64,000 nucleotides of DNA from assembly GCA_963844605.1 (NCBI GenBank), contig CAWJPE010000014.1, positions 132,707 through 196,706 on the forward strand, given 5' to 3'. A program made the translations under genes and the position numbers. The DNA comes from an uncultured Acidobacteriota bacterium (GTDB lineage Bacteria > Acidobacteriota > Terriglobia > Terriglobales > Acidobacteriaceae). The notes under the pieces are model-generated. The model ran no database searches and was not told the origin of the DNA. It was given only the letters and a program-made list of their open reading frames with translations. This document shows positions 35,133 to 44,683 of this stretch, piece after piece (the first letter of the stretch is position 1; the number at the start of each line of letters is the position of its first letter).

Positions 35133-35866
35133 TGCGATGGGGCCGCGATATTTTTGCCGAAGCGGTACGTCACGCCTACAGAGGCACGCACCGTCCAGTC
35201 GCCGTTCTGTAATAGATCGTTGAAGAGGTGCCAGTAGACGTAGTCGCTTTGCAAGCGCACGCCGAGATGGTGCGTGACATACCAGTCAAACCCTCCGCCA
35301 AAGCCATAGAAACCCTGCCAGTCGAGCTTGCTGCCCGATGGAACCAGCTGCGCGACCACCGCGGTCGCAAACGGGTCCGTGGGATGTGGCGTGACCCTCT
35401 GTCGAATTGCGCCGAGAGACGGCCGGGCGAAAAGTGTCACATTTTTGAAGTGCCGGTATTCGAACTGCGGACCGAGAGCGAAGGTCTGTGAGAAGGCATC
35501 GGTAGGCACGACAAGCTGGTAGCCGGGGGGAAGCTGGCCGACCGAGATGAGGTATTCAATTTCCTGATTCAGTTGCTGCTGCAGCGAGGTCTTCAGGACA
35601 CTCGTGGTCAGTGAGTTGTGCCCCGTGACGACCGAATAATCGAAGCCCAGGGCATACCAGGTCTTCATATTGCGCCCTATCTGCAGGTGATAGCCGCGCT
35701 CGGCAAGGTTTAGATTGGGTGTTTCAAAGTAGGTGAATCCGTTGTAGATGTTGTACTGGCGCACGTCGGTTTGTTGTGCGAAAACCGAACGTGAGAGGAG
35801 CGGGGGGAGTAACAGCGCGGCCGTAAAAAAAGCCGTCCCCACGGTTTTCAAACCGCGCAGGATCAT
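35129..35866 (-). CDS. Outer-membrane beta-barrel protein (OMP_b-brl/porin-like)
   Basis: Only the last 245 aa of the 561-aa track ORF look real. AGGAG lies 6 nt upstream of the ATG at 35866. Signal peptide MILRGLKTVGTAFFTAALLLPPLLSRSVFAQ. Alternating aromatic beta-strand pattern with a C-terminal ...VGVTYRF. Confidence 0.7.
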   Translation of the reverse strand: MILRGLKTVGTAFFTAALLLPPLLSRSVFAQQTDVRQYNIYNGFTYFETPNLNLAERGYHLQIGRNMKTWYALGFDYSVVTGHNSLTTSVLKTSLQQQLNQEIEYLISVGQLPPGYQLVVPTDAFSQTFALGPQFEYRHFKNVTLFARPSLGAIRQRVTPHPTDPFATAVVAQLVPSGSKLDWQGFYGFGGGFDWYVTHHLGVRLQSDYVYWHLFNDLLQNGDWTVRASVGVTYRFGKNIAAPSH

Positions 35867-36058
35867 CGACTTCTCCTTGTTTATCGAACCGCCGTATGAA
35901 ACGCGCCGAGGCCATCGATTGTCAACAGTGACGACCTGCATTTTCGTCGAGGAGTAACGGGCGCCGGCCCAATTTGCTCTACAATACCGGGAAGCCTTTG
36001 CGTGCCAGTCTGCGTCGATGAGTCCTTGCCGGCACCCGCGCATCTGCTCTACTAAATC

Positions 36059-37582
36059 ATGATTGAACATCCTCTTCCCGAAGCCCTGACTTTTGACGAT
36101 GTACTTTTGGTGCCTGCTTACAGCGATGTAGTTCCCGCGCAGGTAAGCACGCAGACCAGCCTGACAAAAAGGATTCTGCTCAACACTCCCTTGCTGAGCG
36201 CGGCCATGGATACGGTGACCGAGTCCCGGCTGGCCATCGCCATGGCGCAACAGGGCGGGCTCGGCATCGTCCACCGGAATCTCACGCCCGACCAGCAGGC
36301 GAGCGAAGTGGACAAGGTAAAGCGCTCGGAGAGCGGGATGATTGTCGATCCGGTCACCATTACGCCCGATCAGCTCATCTCCGACGCGCTCGAAGTGATG
36401 CGCCGCTACAAGATTTCCGGCGTGCCGGTCACCAAGAACAAGCGGCTCGTCGGCATCCTCACCAATCGCGATCTGCGTTTTGAAACGCGCACCGATATTC
36501 CCATCGGGGATGTGATGACGAAAGATAACCTCATCACCGTGCCTGTCGGGACCACGCTCGAAGAAGCCGAGTTGATCCTCCACAAGCATCGCGTGGAGAA
36601 GTTGCTGGTCGTCAATGGCGACTATGAATTGAAGGGCCTGATTACCGTCAAAGACATCCAGAAAAAGCTGAAGTATCCCAACGCCTCGAAGGACGAGAAG
36701 GGACGGCTGCGTGTGGGTGCGGCCATTGGCGCGACCGGCGACTTCCTTGAACGGGCCGCCGATCTGGTCAGGAGTCGCGTCGATGTTCTGTCGATCGACT
36801 CGGCGCACGGACACTCGTCACGTGTGCTCGAAGCGGTGCGGTTGGTGAAGAAGCAGTTTCCGGATGTGGATCTGCTCGCCGGCAATGTGGCTACGTATGA
36901 GGGTGCCAAGGCTTTGATCGAGGCGGGCGCAGATGCGGTCAAGGTAGGCATCGGGCCGGGCTCGATCTGCACCACGCGCATGGTGACTGGCGCGGGCATG
37001 CCGCAGATTACTGCCGTCAGCGAGGCATTTCGCGCGGGCCGCGAGTACGGCATTCCGGTCATCGCCGACGGAGGCATCAAGTATTCGGGAGATGTGGCGA
37101 AGGCCATTGCAGCGGGCGCAAACGCCGTGATGATCGGCTCGCTCTTCGCGGGCGTCGACGAGAGCCCCGGCGAGACGATTCTCTACCAGGGGCGGTCGTT
37201 CAAAGCCTATCGCGGCATGGGGTCGCTTAGCGCGATGTCGCAAGGTTCGGGCGAACGATATTTCCAGGGCTCACAGGATTTCCGCGACGAGCCAGCGCGT
37301 CCCGAAAGTGTGGTTTCGCGCGAGCAAAGCGGGCAGAATCGCCTGGCGAAGTATGTGCCGGAAGGCATTGAAGGGCGCGTGCCGCATCGTGGTCCCCTCG
37401 AAGCCATGGTCTACCAGCTTGTCGGCGGATTGCGCTCGGGCATGGGCTATCTGGGTTGCGGGACGATCGAAGAGCTGCAGACCCGGTCGCGCTTCGTGCG
37501 CATCTCCAACGCCGGCCTGCGCGAGAGCCACGTTCACGACGTGATCATCACCCGCGAAGCCCCGAACTACCACGTCGAATAG
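36059..37582 (+). CDS. guaB: IMP dehydrogenase
   Basis: [15 protein letters not shown], a CBS pair, the catalytic loop [14 protein letters not shown], and GGIKYSGD. Confidence 0.98.
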   Translation: MIEHPLPEALTFDDVLLVPAYSDVVPAQVSTQTSLTKRILLNTPLLSAAMDTVTESRLAIAMAQQGGLGIVHRNLTPDQQASEVDKVKRSESGMIVDPVTITPDQLISDALEVMRRYKISGVPVTKNKRLVGILTNRDLRFETRTDIPIGDVMTKDNLITVPVGTTLEEAELILHKHRVEKLLVVNGDYELKGLITVKDIQKKLKYPNASKDEKGRLRVGAAIGATGDFLERAADLVRSRVDVLSIDSAHGHSSRVLEAVRLVKKQFPDVDLLAGNVATYEGAKALIEAGADAVKVGIGPGSICTTRMVTGAGMPQITAVSEAFRAGREYGIPVIADGGIKYSGDVAKAIAAGANAVMIGSLFAGVDESPGETILYQGRSFKAYRGMGSLSAMSQGSGERYFQGSQDFRDEPARPESVVSREQSGQNRLAKYVPEGIEGRVPHRGPLEAMVYQLVGGLRSGMGYLGCGTIEELQTRSRFVRISNAGLRESHVHDVIITREAPNYHVE

Positions 37583-37619
37583 GACTGGCCGCCCAGGCAC
37601 ACGCGGCTTCGCCGCATTC

Positions 37620-39188
37620 TCAGCCTGCCACAGGAGCCAGCGCCCGCTTGCGCAGGATCACCTTTCGGCGCTTCCGCCAGTCCTCGTTCAGGCCGATCAA
37701 TTCCCATGGAATCTCCGGCGAGAGATGCCGCAGGACTGAGTCGCTGGATGGATGGATGCGTAGCGCCGGCGCGACCAGGTACAGCAACGGCGGCTGATCG
37801 GAAAGCTCGATGCCCGGAAAGTAGCCATGCTCCTCGAAGGCGTTCTCGCGTTGCAGTTGGCGCACGCGCGACCAGTAGTCGAGGGCTTGCAGCGGCAGTT
37901 GCAGATCGTCGTCCGCCTTAAGCTCGATTACGGCCAGTCGTCCGCTGTGCGTGACGGTGAGCAGATCGAGCATGCCGCGATCTCCCGCCGAAAATGCCGG
38001 AACCTGCGAATACAGAATGTCGGCGCGGATGGCTGGTTCGATATCGACAATGTCGCGGCGCATCTCGGACTCGAGCCACCTCTCGGGTTGAAGACGGAAG
38101 AGAGGATTGCGCAATGAGCCGCTGGCATGGCGGTTCTCAAAGAGCCGCCCGGTAAGGTCGCGGAATAGCTCCTCGGTCTCGGGAGTGAGCGGCGTCTCAT
38201 TCGCCCCCGCGCCGAAGGTGATCTCGTCCTGCCGCGCGAACGAACCGGCTGCGAGGCCATGCCGGATACGGGCGAATTCAAGGCCATGCAGTACGAAAGC
38301 GATCTCGGTGGCGCTGCGCGGGCGGACCTCCGTCGCCGCACGCAGTCCGGGGCGCATCAACCCCAGAACGTGGTCGACTGTGGAGCGGAAACGTTCCAGC
38401 GCAGCCTTCGGGTTGAAAGCATGCACGAGTTGGCAGTGGAGATTGCCCGAGTTGCGCAAATCGACCGGTTCAAGTTGCTCAGTGCGCTCGTCGAGTTCGT
38501 ACAGCTCCCACTTGGCAACTGCAGAATTGAGCCACCGCATCCTGGCGCACGTGGTCCGGGCGGTTCCCTGCGGAACGATAACCTTCAGCCCCTCAAACAG
38601 CCGCCGTCCGCCGCCGTGCTCACGGCAGTAGGCCAGCCACAGAATGCCAAGCGTGAGAATTCCGTCGATCGTGGGCTGGGGCTCTTCCGCGTTGACAGCG
38701 ATCACGCTCCATGCCGCTGTCCCCCGCGTCAGGACTCCGCGCGCGTAGGCGGGCCCAAAGCTGTTCTCAAGGTCGGCAGCGGTGCGGAAGCCCTCGGCGG
38801 TCCAATCGGGAAAGCCGCGCACCAGCACGCGATCCAGAACCCGGAGATACTTCGCGCGCGTCGCCTCACGCGAGGAAGGCGTCCGGCGGTCACGATTAGG
38901 AACCAGTTCCAGCACCTGCGGGCGAGTCTGGCCGAAACGCCGCGTCTCCAGGCGGAGCGAGTCTTTCCGCACCTGCAAGCCCCGAATAGTGCGGACGAGA
39001 TTCCGCTCCTCAGACCACAGATGCAGCAGGCAACGGCCGTGCTCTGCGGAAAGGGAGTAGCGCGCCGAACACATGTCGAAAATCACGCGGCCGTCTTCCA
39101 AAATGGCCGCGTGCGGATGCTCGACAAAGAAGTCTTCGAGCTCGCGGGCCAGTTCCGCGGTGGGGATTTCAGCAGTGGCGACGGGCAT
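37620..39188 (-). CDS. Hypothetical protein with a C-terminal RecB-type PD-(D/E)xK nuclease motif
   Basis: GMLDLLTVTHSGRLAVIELKADDDLQLPLQALDYW reads as D-x13-E-x-K followed by QxxxY. I cannot assign the N-terminal ~400 aa. Confidence 0.65.
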   Translation of the reverse strand: MPVATAEIPTAELARELEDFFVEHPHAAILEDGRVIFDMCSARYSLSAEHGRCLLHLWSEERNLVRTIRGLQVRKDSLRLETRRFGQTRPQVLELVPNRDRRTPSSREATRAKYLRVLDRVLVRGFPDWTAEGFRTAADLENSFGPAYARGVLTRGTAAWSVIAVNAEEPQPTIDGILTLGILWLAYCREHGGGRRLFEGLKVIVPQGTARTTCARMRWLNSAVAKWELYELDERTEQLEPVDLRNSGNLHCQLVHAFNPKAALERFRSTVDHVLGLMRPGLRAATEVRPRSATEIAFVLHGLEFARIRHGLAAGSFARQDEITFGAGANETPLTPETEELFRDLTGRLFENRHASGSLRNPLFRLQPERWLESEMRRDIVDIEPAIRADILYSQVPAFSAGDRGMLDLLTVTHSGRLAVIELKADDDLQLPLQALDYWSRVRQLQRENAFEEHGYFPGIELSDQPPLLYLVAPALRIHPSSDSVLRHLSPEIPWELIGLNEDWRKRRKVILRKRALAPVAG

Positions 39189-39233
39189 TGCGACGATGAT
39201 GCGTGGCCGCCAAGCCGCGCATCAAGCGAATTG

Positions 39234-39773
39234 CTACCAACCTCTACTCTTTCGTAATGCGACGATATGGGCGACGTGGTGGCGCGAGTGCCAGTCGTAC
39301 AGAGCAATCGCCTCGACCAGAGGAGTACGGCCATCCTCGGAGTGGTTATAGCCGCGTTGCCACTGCTCTTCGGAAAGCGATTCAAACAGCGCCACCCAGC
39401 GACGGTGCAGCGATTCAAGCAGGTCAAGCGACACGTCGATGGGCAGCGTACGTGCGTCGGCGAGTTTCGCCCATGACTTCTCGTCGTAGGCCTTTACGGT
39501 CGGCCAGTCTTCGGTGAGTGCCAGACGCGTGCGCACATACGCATTCATGTGGCTGTCGGCGACATGGTGCACGAGCTGACGAATCGTCCAGCCGCCTTCG
39601 CGGTAGGGCGTGTCGATCTGGGCTTCGTTCAGGCCGTAGACCGCTGCACGTAGGTTCTCCGGCAGCGCAGACAGCGTAGCAATGTAGCCGTGCAGATGGG
39701 CCGCGTCGATAACGGCAGGGCGGGTGAAATCACCAATGGGGTAACGCGGGTCAGAAACTGGATGGCTTGCCAT
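39234..39773 (-). CDS. YfiT/DinB-family metal-dependent hydrolase (bacillithiol-transferase-like)
   Basis: YPIGDF...[27 protein letters not shown]...[13 protein letters not shown] closely follows the YfiT pattern, including the His triad. Confidence 0.85.
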   Translation of the reverse strand: MASHPVSDPRYPIGDFTRPAVIDAAHLHGYIATLSALPENLRAAVYGLNEAQIDTPYREGGWTIRQLVHHVADSHMNAYVRTRLALTEDWPTVKAYDEKSWAKLADARTLPIDVSLDLLESLHRRWVALFESLSEEQWQRGYNHSEDGRTPLVEAIALYDWHSRHHVAHIVALRKSRGW

Positions 39774-39860
39774 GTCATTAGAAATAGCACGCGCGGGCCG
39801 AATTGTGGTTGGGTGTGCTGGACTCGATCAAAACGCCGGAGCCCGGCACACCCGCCGAGC

Positions 39861-39968
39861 TTACGCGTGGTGGTGGTAGTGATGGTGATGATTGTGGTGA
39901 TGGTGCGGCTGTGCATAGGCCGAAGCCGAAAACACCAGCGCCAGGGAGAGCAACAGAAGCTTTTTCAT
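39861..39968 (-). CDS. 35-aa secreted histidine-rich micropeptide (not in the ORF track)
   Basis: My own translation: MKKLLLLSLALVFSASAYA|QPHHHHNHHHHYHHHA*. It has a canonical signal peptide with an AYA-Q cleavage context. The mature 16-mer has 11 His. It lies 87 nt upstream of, and co-oriented with, the YfiT-like gene. Confidence 0.55.
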   Translation of the reverse strand: MKKLLLLSLALVFSASAYAQPHHHHNHHHHYHHHA

Positions 39969-40109
39969 GCCGAGATATTAGCAAGGGATTGGGGCGCGAA
40001 AACGCGGAAACTCCAGGGCGGAATACGCGGAGTTACCTTCAACCGGACGTTTACCAGAATCCGCGATGAGCCTAGAATCATGACTAGCTCATCCAAACTA
40101 TAGGACCCC

Positions 40110-41570
40110 ATGACTCTTCCGCCATCGCCGGCAGTCGCCGGACCGCAGCACAAGAAGTATTTCTTCGAAAAGTTTGGCATCACGGAGCGGCTTCTTGAGC
40201 GCTGCCTGGGTGAGGCTCTTTCCGCGGGCGGCGACTATGCCGACCTCTACTTTGAGTCGATTGCCTCAACCTCGATCGGAGTGGACGAGTCGCTCGTGAA
40301 GTCGGCGAGCCAGGGCGTGAGCGCCGGCTGCGGCGTTCGCGTGGTGAGCGGCGAGCGCACCGGATACGCCTACACCGATGACCTCTCTCCCGACCGCCTG
40401 CTACGCGCCGCGCGTACCGCGGCCCTGATCGCGAGCGGCCCCGCCAAGCAGCCGGTGCAGGGCTTCACGGAGACGAAGACGCCCAGCCTGTATCCTGCTC
40501 CGGCCGTCGATCTCGACAGCGATCTCTCCGCCAAGCTGGATCTCGTGAGACGCGCGGACCTCGCCGCGCGAGCCTATGACCCACGGATTACTCAGGTGCG
40601 GGCCGGCTATTCTGATGAGCTGCGGCGCATCCTCATCGCCGCGTCCGACGGCACCTTTGCCAGCGACACCCAACCCTTGGCGCGCCTGAATGTGTTTGTG
40701 CTGGCCAAGGAAGAAGACCGCACAGCGCGCGGAACCTCAGGCGGCGGCGGACGAGTCGAGATCGATTTCTTCCAGATAGAGAAAACGCCGGAGCATTTTG
40801 CTCGCGAGGCCGCCCGTCAGGCCATTCTGCAGTTAGGCGCGGTCGCCGCTCCGGCCGGCGAGATGGAAGTCGTCCTCGGTCCCGGATGGCCCGGCGTTCT
40901 GCTGCACGAGGCCGTTGGGCACGGACTCGAGGCGGACTTTAACCGCAAGAAGACCTCGGCCTTTGCAGGCATGATCGGCCGTCAGGTCGCAAGCTCGAAG
41001 GTGACCGTCGTTGATAACGGCACCATGCCCGGCCGGCGCGGTTCTCTGAACGTGGACGACGAGGGCTCAGCGACTCAGGAGACTGTGCTGATCGAGAACG
41101 GCATCCTCAAAACCTATCTGAGCGACAAGCTTTCTTCGCGCCTGATGGACATGCCGCACACTGGCAACGGGCGGCGCGAAAGCTATCAACAGATTCCCAT
41201 GCCGCGCATGACCAATACGTATATGCTGGCCGGCGAAGACGCACCAGAAGATATTATCCGCAGCGTGAAGCGCGGGCTCTATGCTGTGAATTTCGGCGGT
41301 GGCTCGGTCGATATCACCAGCGGCAAATTTGTCTTCTCGGCGTCAGAAGCCTATCTCATCGAAGACGGCAAGATCACCGCTCCGGTTCGGGACGCCACGC
41401 TGATCGGCAACGGACCCGAGGCGCTCAAATACGTCTCCATGGTCGGCAACGATCTCGAGCTCGACGAAGGCGTGGGCACCTGCGGGAAAGAAGGGCAGAG
41501 CGTGCCGGTAGGCGTAGGCATGCCGACGGTAAAACTCGACCGCATGACAGTCGGCGGCACGGGAAGGTAA
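40110..41570 (+). CDS. tldD: Metalloprotease TldD
   Basis: TldD/PmbA (peptidase U62) fold with the TldD-specific HExxxH zinc motif in LLHEAVGHGLEAD. Confidence 0.95.
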   Translation: MTLPPSPAVAGPQHKKYFFEKFGITERLLERCLGEALSAGGDYADLYFESIASTSIGVDESLVKSASQGVSAGCGVRVVSGERTGYAYTDDLSPDRLLRAARTAALIASGPAKQPVQGFTETKTPSLYPAPAVDLDSDLSAKLDLVRRADLAARAYDPRITQVRAGYSDELRRILIAASDGTFASDTQPLARLNVFVLAKEEDRTARGTSGGGGRVEIDFFQIEKTPEHFAREAARQAILQLGAVAAPAGEMEVVLGPGWPGVLLHEAVGHGLEADFNRKKTSAFAGMIGRQVASSKVTVVDNGTMPGRRGSLNVDDEGSATQETVLIENGILKTYLSDKLSSRLMDMPHTGNGRRESYQQIPMPRMTNTYMLAGEDAPEDIIRSVKRGLYAVNFGGGSVDITSGKFVFSASEAYLIEDGKITAPVRDATLIGNGPEALKYVSMVGNDLELDEGVGTCGKEGQSVPVGVGMPTVKLDRMTVGGTGR

Positions 41571-41591
41571 GAGACGGGAAGGAAGTTTCAA

Positions 41592-41882
41592 TTGGAAATA
41601 GTAGATGTGAAACAGTTTGTTTCGACGGCCGATGGATCGCGCCGTTATGCATGGAAGACCATTCCAGTCGGCGAGGCGTTGAAAATCGCGGAGCCGCGCC
41701 TGCGGTGCCCCGAGTGCAAGGGGATCATCGCCTTGCGTCGGAGAACAGAAGACGGCGCAATGCCGAATCGCGGAGAGCACCGTGCCAAGAACCGCGGCTG
41801 CTCGCTTGGCGACTGCTTCGACGGCGTGAAGCGCCTGGCGGCGAACCCGATCGAACCGGATGAGGAAAGCATTGGTGAGTAG
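41592..41882 (+). CDS. Small hypothetical protein with a Cys-pair (zinc-ribbon-like) motif
   Basis: 96-aa ORF with a non-ATG start. RLRCPECKG ... GCSLGDC. It fills the tldD-pmbA spacer and overlaps the pmbA ORF start. Confidence 0.4.
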   Translation: MEIVDVKQFVSTADGSRRYAWKTIPVGEALKIAEPRLRCPECKGIIALRRRTEDGAMPNRGEHRAKNRGCSLGDCFDGVKRLAANPIEPDEESIGE

Positions 41883-43260
41883 CGTATCCCAGCTTGCCGC
41901 GAACGACCTTCAGCAACTGGCTGCAGACATTGTTACAAGAGCCGTAAAGGCAGGCGCGACCGACGCCGAGGTGACGATTCGAGAGGGCGACGAATTCTCG
42001 ACCGTCGTGCGCATGGGCGAGGTCGAGACGCTGAAGGAATCGGGCTCGCGGGGCATGGGACTGCGCGTGCTCGTCGCCTCAGAGAACGGCCATCGCGTAG
42101 CCAGCACGTCGACCAGCGATTTCTCGGCGGAAGGCGTCGAGCACCTGGTGCGCGGGGCGCTGGCGTTGGCGCAGGTCACATCGGAAGACCCATTCGCCGG
42201 ACTTGCCGACACCAGCGAGTTCGGCAAGCTTGAGAACGATCTCGAGCTCTATCACGAAGACGTCTATTCTCTCGAGACTGCGCAGCGCATCGAATACGCG
42301 CACCGTGCCGAGTCGGCGGCTCTGGCTGCTGACACGCGCATCACTAACAGCGATGGCGGCAGCTTCGACGCGGCAACCGGGCGCAAGATATTCGCCAATT
42401 CACGCGGGTTTACCGGCCAATATCGTGCCTCGTCCTGCTCCATCTCCGCCAGCCCCATTGCTCTGGGGAAAAACAACGAGATGCAGCGCGACTACTGGTA
42501 CACCTATGCGCGCTCGCTCAAGAAGCTCGACACGCCTGAGTCGGTCGGCGTGGAAGCAGCGCGGCGCACCCTGCGCAGGCTGGATGCGCGTCGCGTAAAG
42601 ACGCAGCAGGTGCCCATTATCTTCGCGCCCGAGATTGCCCGATCCCTGATCGGAGCGATCTTCGACGCAGCCAGCGGAGACAGCATCTATCGCGGCGCGT
42701 CCTTCTTCGCCGGCAAGCTGGGCGAGCAGGTGGCCGATAAATCCGTCACAGTCATCGACGATCACACCATCGTTGGCGGCTTTGGAACCTCACCCTTCGA
42801 TGGCGAGGGCCTGCCATCACGGCGCACGGTCATCGTTGAGCGAGGCGTGCTCACCAACTACCTGTTGAATACTTACACCGGCCGCAAGCTGGGCATGAAG
42901 AGCACCGGCAACGCAGCGCGCGGCCTCGCAGGAAATCCCGGCATTGGCGCAGGCAATCTCTTTCTTGTCGCGGGCGCCGCGACGCCGCAGGAGATTCTGG
43001 GCGGCGTGCCGTCGGGTCTCTATGTCACGGAGTTGATGGGGCAGGGCGTGAACATGGTCACCGGCGATTACTCGCGCGGCGCATCCGGCCAGTGGATCGA
43101 GAACGGCGAGTTGGCCTACCCTGTACAGGAGATCACCATCGCGGGAAATCTGAAGGACATCTTCCGGAACATCACGGCCATCGGCAACGACCTCGAGTTC
43201 CGTGGCTCGGTCGCCTCTCCAACCCTGCGCGTGGACGGCATGACCATCGCCGGGGAGTAA
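41860..43260 (+). CDS. pmbA: Metalloprotease PmbA (TldE)
   Basis: PmbA/TldD family, with the C-terminal GDYSRGASGQWIENGELAYPVQEITIAGNL pattern. The true start may be TTG 41872 or GTG 41875. Confidence 0.95.
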   Translation: MRKALVSSVSQLAANDLQQLAADIVTRAVKAGATDAEVTIREGDEFSTVVRMGEVETLKESGSRGMGLRVLVASENGHRVASTSTSDFSAEGVEHLVRGALALAQVTSEDPFAGLADTSEFGKLENDLELYHEDVYSLETAQRIEYAHRAESAALAADTRITNSDGGSFDAATGRKIFANSRGFTGQYRASSCSISASPIALGKNNEMQRDYWYTYARSLKKLDTPESVGVEAARRTLRRLDARRVKTQQVPIIFAPEIARSLIGAIFDAASGDSIYRGASFFAGKLGEQVADKSVTVIDDHTIVGGFGTSPFDGEGLPSRRTVIVERGVLTNYLLNTYTGRKLGMKSTGNAARGLAGNPGIGAGNLFLVAGAATPQEILGGVPSGLYVTELMGQGVNMVTGDYSRGASGQWIENGELAYPVQEITIAGNLKDIFRNITAIGNDLEFRGSVASPTLRVDGMTIAGE

Positions 43261-43281
43261 TCTTCTGAGTGGTGATATTGC

Positions 43282-44550
43282 TTGCTCTCCTCGCAGATAG
43301 CGTTTGATCCGCAGAACCCTCAATGGGCGCAGATTCCCGCTCGGGCCGGGGTCTTCGCCCTCTTTGCCGCTGACGAGCGTGCCGAACCCTACATAAGCCG
43401 AACGCCTAATCTGCGCAATCGTCTGCGGCGACTGCTGGCCGCGAGGCCCAACGAACAGCCCGGCCAGTCGAAGCGCCTTCGTCTTACGCAAAGCGTCGCT
43501 CGCATCGAGTACACCCTCACCGGATCGGACTTCGAATCGTGGCTGCTGCTCTATCAGGCCTCCGCGGCGGCCTTCGGAGAAAGAGCGCGCAAGCGGCTGC
43601 ATCTCAAGCCGCCGACCTTTCTGCGCATGACGATGGACAATGCGTATCCCCGCGTATATGTAACCAATCGAATTACAAAATCGGCCGCGAACGACTCTTT
43701 CGGCCCTTTCCCCTCGCGCGTAAGTGCCGAGATTTTCCTTGAAAGCATGCTGAACCTCTTTGAGTTGCGCCGCTGCCACGAGGATCTTCATCCCGACCCG
43801 GCATTTCCTGGCTGCGTCTACTCCGAGATGAAGAAGTGCATGGCCCCCTGCTTCAAGGGCTGCACCGACGAACGCTATGCGCAGGAAGCTGCGGCCGTGC
43901 ACGCATTTCTCGCAACGCGGGGCCAAAGCCTTACCGGGGATCTGACCCGTCAGCGTGCACAGGCCTCTGAGGATCTTGATTTTGAGCGGGCAGCAGAGAT
44001 TCACACCCGGCTCACCAAAGTGGAAAGCGCCGTGACGGGCGTCTCACCGGCTGTCCGTGCGCTGGCGGAATTGAACGGTGTGATCGTGCAACCGGCAAGC
44101 GAACCCGGCCACGTAGCGCTCTTTCTATTGAGCAAAGGATCGCTCGCCGGACCGGCCCTCTATTCCGTGGCCGGTATGCGGCACCCGAACGAGCAGTCAG
44201 GATCGTCCTCGCTCTTCCCGCATCCGGCGGCCCTTGCGCCAGTGCCCCTCGAAGAGTCTCCGCTGGTTCGGCTGGCCGCGCGCGACGAACTCGAATCGCG
44301 CCTTGACGACGCGCTCAACACGCTCGCCGTCCGGTCGGCAAAAAGCACGCAACAGATGGCGGACCATCTCTGCCTGTTCACCCGCTGGTACTATCGCCCA
44401 CAGGCGCGACGCGTTGGCGAAGCAATTTTCACCGAAGCCCACGAGGTCCCCAAAAAGCCGCTGATGCGCGCGATCTCCCGTGTTTACCAGCAAGGACAGC
44501 CCGGCCAGCAGCCTGAAGACCCGCCCGCTGCCGGGCAGCCAGCTGGCTAG
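43282..44550 (+). CDS. UvrC-N-terminal-like protein (degenerate GIY-YIG + Cys-rich + UVR domain), lacking the UvrC C-terminal nuclease/HhH half
   Basis: GVFALF...PYISRTPNLRNRLRRLL (GIY-YIG-like). CHEDLHPDPAFPGCVYSEMKKCMAPCFKGCTDERY (UvrC Cys cluster). LDFERAAEIHTRL (UVR motif). TTG start. Confidence 0.7.
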   Translation: MLSSQIAFDPQNPQWAQIPARAGVFALFAADERAEPYISRTPNLRNRLRRLLAARPNEQPGQSKRLRLTQSVARIEYTLTGSDFESWLLLYQASAAAFGERARKRLHLKPPTFLRMTMDNAYPRVYVTNRITKSAANDSFGPFPSRVSAEIFLESMLNLFELRRCHEDLHPDPAFPGCVYSEMKKCMAPCFKGCTDERYAQEAAAVHAFLATRGQSLTGDLTRQRAQASEDLDFERAAEIHTRLTKVESAVTGVSPAVRALAELNGVIVQPASEPGHVALFLLSKGSLAGPALYSVAGMRHPNEQSGSSSLFPHPAALAPVPLEESPLVRLAARDELESRLDDALNTLAVRSAKSTQQMADHLCLFTRWYYRPQARRVGEAIFTEAHEVPKKPLMRAISRVYQQGQPGQQPEDPPAAGQPAG

Positions 44551-44683
44551 GCGCAGGCGATAATATCTACCTAAAGCTTTTCGGAACCAACGGCCGGAAG
44601 GAATGCGTACAAAAGTTCAAAATGGCATTCTCCGTTCTTGCCGCGATTGTTACCGACCTCGACCACTTCTTGGAGCCAGACGC

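Noticed and set aside
35867-36814. N-terminal 316 aa of the 561-aa minus-strand ORF 35129..36814
   Set aside because: This part is antisense to guaB and the guaB upstream region and has no protein-like features. A strong SD, an ATG and a signal peptide at 35866 define the real 245-aa outer-membrane protein.
38259-39257. 332-aa plus-strand ORF
   Set aside because: It is antisense to the 522-aa nuclease-motif gene. The composition is Arg/Pro/Ala-rich, and the minus-strand product has a coherent motif and protein-like composition.
39629-40103. ORFs 39629..39916(-) and 39690..40103(+) with TITTIITITTTTT / VVVVMVMIVVMV runs
   Set aside because: These are wrong-frame or antisense readings of the CAC/CAT run. 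The frame with an ATG, a signal peptide and a poly-His stretch is the only biologically coherent one.
42817-44004. 395-aa minus-strand ORF
   Set aside because: It is antisense to pmbA and the UvrC-like gene. The composition is Arg/Ala/Gly-rich with no motifs.
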